This document shows, one piece after another, positions 61,793-64,000 of a DNA stretch of 64,000 nt. The stretch is taken from positions 1,716 through 65,715 of the forward strand of contig JAVCCF010000037.1 in assembly GCA_030765625.1 (NCBI GenBank). The letters are read 5' to 3'. A model generated the notes under the pieces. That model ran no database searches and was not told the origin of the DNA. It was given only the letters and a program-made list of their open reading frames with translations. The position numbers and the translations under genes are program-made. Positions within the stretch are counted from its first letter, which is position 1. Every line of letters starts with the position of its first letter. Source of the stretch: Candidatus Tenebribacter burtonii (GTDB lineage Bacteria > Cloacimonadota > Cloacimonadia > Cloacimonadales > TCS61).

Positions 61793-64000
61793 TTATTTCG
61801 CTACTATACTAACAAGCTTCTTCGGTACAATTATCATTTTCAGGATATTTTTCCCTTCAAGTGATTTCTTCACATTTTCTACTTCCAAAGCCAGTTTCTT
61901 TATTTCATCATCAGTTGCATCAACCGAGACATTGATCTTACCACGTACTTTACCCATGATCTGAATAACATAAGTGATCTCATCCTGAACCAGATACTTT
62001 TCATTGAATTCGGGAAGTCCAGCTTCATGGAGCAAGTTTTCGTTTCCAATTTTCTCCCACAATTCTTCGCTGAGGTGAGGAGCAAAAACATACATCAAAT
62101 GCGGGATTGCAATACAGCTTTCTACAAATATAATTTTCTCAGCATTATTCAATTTATCTACATTCTTAATAGAGTAAACATTGTTCAGATGCTCCATGAC
62201 AGCTGCGATGGCTGTATTGAACTGCATTCTGTTTTCGATATCATTCAGTACTTTCTTTATTGTGAAATGAGTACTGTAACGCAGCTTTTTAATTTCTGCA
62301 CTTAATTCGTTATCTGACCCTTCGACTCCGCTCAGGGTGACAGACGTATTTTTTATTAGTTCCAGATTTTCATCAAACAATCTCCAAACACGATTCAGGA
62401 AACGGAATGCACCTTTCACACCTTCATCACTCCATTCCGAATCTTTATCAGGGGGAGAGGCAAACAGCATGAATACCCGCACTGTGTCAGCTCCGTAACG
62501 ATCTATAATATATTGCGGATCAACCACGTTGCCTTTAGATTTACTCATTTTAGCACCGTCTTTTGTAACCATTCCCTGTGTAAGCAATCTGGCAAAAGGT
62601 TCGTTAGATTTTACCATGCCCAAATCCCGCATAAATTTATGGAAGAAACGTGCATACATCAAGTGCATTACAGCATGCTCGATCCCACCGATATACTGAT
62701 CTACCGGAAGCCAGTTATCTGCAAATTCCTTACTGAATGGCATTTTATCATTTTTGGGATCAGCATAACGAGCATAATACCAGGAACTATCCACAAAAGT
62801 ATCCATCGTATCTGTTTCACGTCTGGCAGATTTCCCGCATTTTGGGCATTTTACATTAACCCAATCATCAACTGAAAGCAATGGATTCTGAGTTGTTTTG
62901 CCCAGTTCAACATTCTCAGGAAGTTTTATGGGAAGATCTTCATCGGAGACCAGAACAGTTCCGCAATCTTCACAATAAATTATTGGAATCGGATTTCCCC
63001 AGTAGCGTTGTCGGGAAATTCCCCAGTCACGAAGTCTGTAAGTTACCGTTTCTTTTCCCATGTTGTTTGCAGTCATCCATTCTGAAATAGGTTTTTGGGA
63101 ATTAACGCTGTCCATTCCATCAAATTTATCAGAATTTACCAATATCCCAGGTTCAGTGTAAGCCTTTTTCATCTCTTCCATGATCAGATCTTTATCTGGA
63201 TTCTGAATAACTATCTTCATAGGAATATCATATTTTTTGGCAAATTCGAAATCACGTTGATCATGGGTTGGAACAGCCATCACAGCACCGGTTCCGTAAT
63301 CCATCAGAACATAATTTGTGATCCAGATCTGAACCCTTTCACCATTAACCGGATTGATCGCAAACCTTCCTGTGAAGATCCCTTCTTTCGTTGTATCTTC
63401 AGCAGTTCTCGTAATAGTATCTTCATTTAAAACTTTATCACAGAATTTTTGCATCTCAGAATCTGTCGGTTCGTCTTTAAGCCAATTCGTAACCAGAGGA
63501 TGCTCAGGTGGAAGTGCCATGAACGTACAACCGAATATTGTGTCCGGTCTGGTTGTGAATACTTTTATCAGCTCATCCGAATTTTCCAGTTTAAACCAGA
63601 TCTCAGTTCCGAAACTTTTTCCGATCCAATTAGTCTGCATGGTCTTCACACGTTCAGGCCAATCTATAACTCTACTGAAATCGAGTAATTCTTCGGCATA
63701 ATCAGTAATTTTAAAGAACCATTGTTCCAATTCTTTCTGGCGTACTACACTACCGCATCGCCAGCATTTATTATCTTCTACCTGCTCATTTGCCAATACT
63801 GTCTGGCAGTCATCGCACCAATTCTGAAACGAAGTTTTCTTGTAAGCCAGTCCTTTTTCATACATCTTTTTAAAGAACCACTGTCCCCATTTATAATATT
63901 CCGGGTGACAGGTACTTACTTCACGATCCCAATCCATTCCAAAACCCATCATATCAAATTGTTTTCTCATAATATCAATATTATTATCAGTTGTAATTCG
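61793..64000 (-). CDS. leuS: leucyl-tRNA synthetase, N-terminus beyond window end
   Basis: The frame stays open to position 64000 (…RITTDNNIDIMRKQFDMMGFGMDWDREVSTCHPEYYKW…). Editing domain, KMSKS motif (GAKMSKSKGN), C-terminal anticodon-binding part. Confidence 0.95.
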   Translation of the reverse strand, partial: RITTDNNIDIMRKQFDMMGFGMDWDREVSTCHPEYYKWGQWFFKKMYEKGLAYKKTSFQNWCDDCQTVLANEQVEDNKCWRCGSVVRQKELEQWFFKITDYAEELLDFSRVIDWPERVKTMQTNWIGKSFGTEIWFKLENSDELIKVFTTRPDTIFGCTFMALPPEHPLVTNWLKDEPTDSEMQKFCDKVLNEDTITRTAEDTTKEGIFTGRFAINPVNGERVQIWITNYVLMDYGTGAVMAVPTHDQRDFEFAKKYDIPMKIVIQNPDKDLIMEEMKKAYTEPGILVNSDKFDGMDSVNSQKPISEWMTANNMGKETVTYRLRDWGISRQRYWGNPIPIIYCEDCGTVLVSDEDLPIKLPENVELGKTTQNPLLSVDDWVNVKCPKCGKSARRETDTMDTFVDSSWYYARYADPKNDKMPFSKEFADNWLPVDQYIGGIEHAVMHLMYARFFHKFMRDLGMVKSNEPFARLLTQGMVTKDGAKMSKSKGNVVDPQYIIDRYGADTVRVFMLFASPPDKDSEWSDEGVKGAFRFLNRVWRLFDENLELIKNTSVTLSGVEGSDNELSAEIKKLRYSTHFTIKKVLNDIENRMQFNTAIAAVMEHLNNVYSIKNVDKLNNAEKIIFVESCIAIPHLMYVFAPHLSEELWEKIGNENLLHEAGLPEFNEKYLVQDEITYVIQIMGKVRGKINVSVDATDDEIKKLALEVENVKKSLEGKNILKMIIVPKKLVSIVAK

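Noticed and set aside
114-63701. Numerous 60-148-aa antisense or out-of-frame ORFs inside long genes (e.g. 2645-3079, 12934-13209, 19458-19793, 48393-48839, 62027-63701)
   Set aside because: Each lies wholly within a well-supported longer gene on the opposite strand or in another frame. Their composition is biased and low-complexity, as expected for shadow ORFs in AT-rich DNA.

Overview
AT-rich bacterial chromosome segment with about 50 densely packed protein genes and one tRNA. I found no rRNA, CRISPR array, transposase or integrase. Most of the window is housekeeping: EF-G, tdh/acpS/kbl, a BMP-type ABC importer, rsmI, ybaB-recR, M42 and M16 peptidases, recO, apbE-folE2, PFOR, trmO-mutL-miaA-PPIase-pdxJ, udk, dnaX, mntP and leuS (cut by the window end). 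An ~85-aa C-terminal sorting domain (YPNPFNP..TT ... SSG[IV]YFY ... KKMxLLK, T9SS-type) recurs on several proteins. Together with amino-acid/pyruvate fermentation genes this suggests an uncultivated FCB-group lineage, possibly Cloacimonadota-like (inference only). Unusual content, in rough order of interest: (1) An islet at 58.4-61.8 kb between tRNA-Leu/mntP and leuS holds a Phd/YefM-like antitoxin gene. In the slot where its toxin should be lies a 937-aa NACHT-type STAND NTPase with an unassigned ~244-aa N-terminal domain and 12 C-terminal leucine-rich repeats. This is the best candidate for an undescribed defence-like system. (2) Two paralogous beta-helix T9SS cargo genes (28.7-34.5 kb) sit in spacers packed with GC-rich stem-loops. 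These include a covarying hairpin family GTnnnnAAGT-nnn-ACTTnnnnAC that recurs as a ~30-bp periodic array upstream of the antitoxin, and a dispersed palindromic (MITE/REP-like) family with TGTYATCCYGA ends. (3) dnaX carries an in-frame A_AAA_AAG heptamer with a -1 frame stop two codons later, at the expected gamma/tau boundary. (4) A pentapeptide-repeat domain is fused to a TIGYGD K+ channel pore. (5) A decayed orphan T9SS C-terminal-domain pseudogene lies behind a canonical promoter. (6) Other items: a GT2/methyltransferase/CE4 cluster, a VanZ-Mth938 fusion, a NatB-CPBP fusion and an orphan HgdC-type activase. All functional calls rest on motif reading of the supplied translations. No database search was run.
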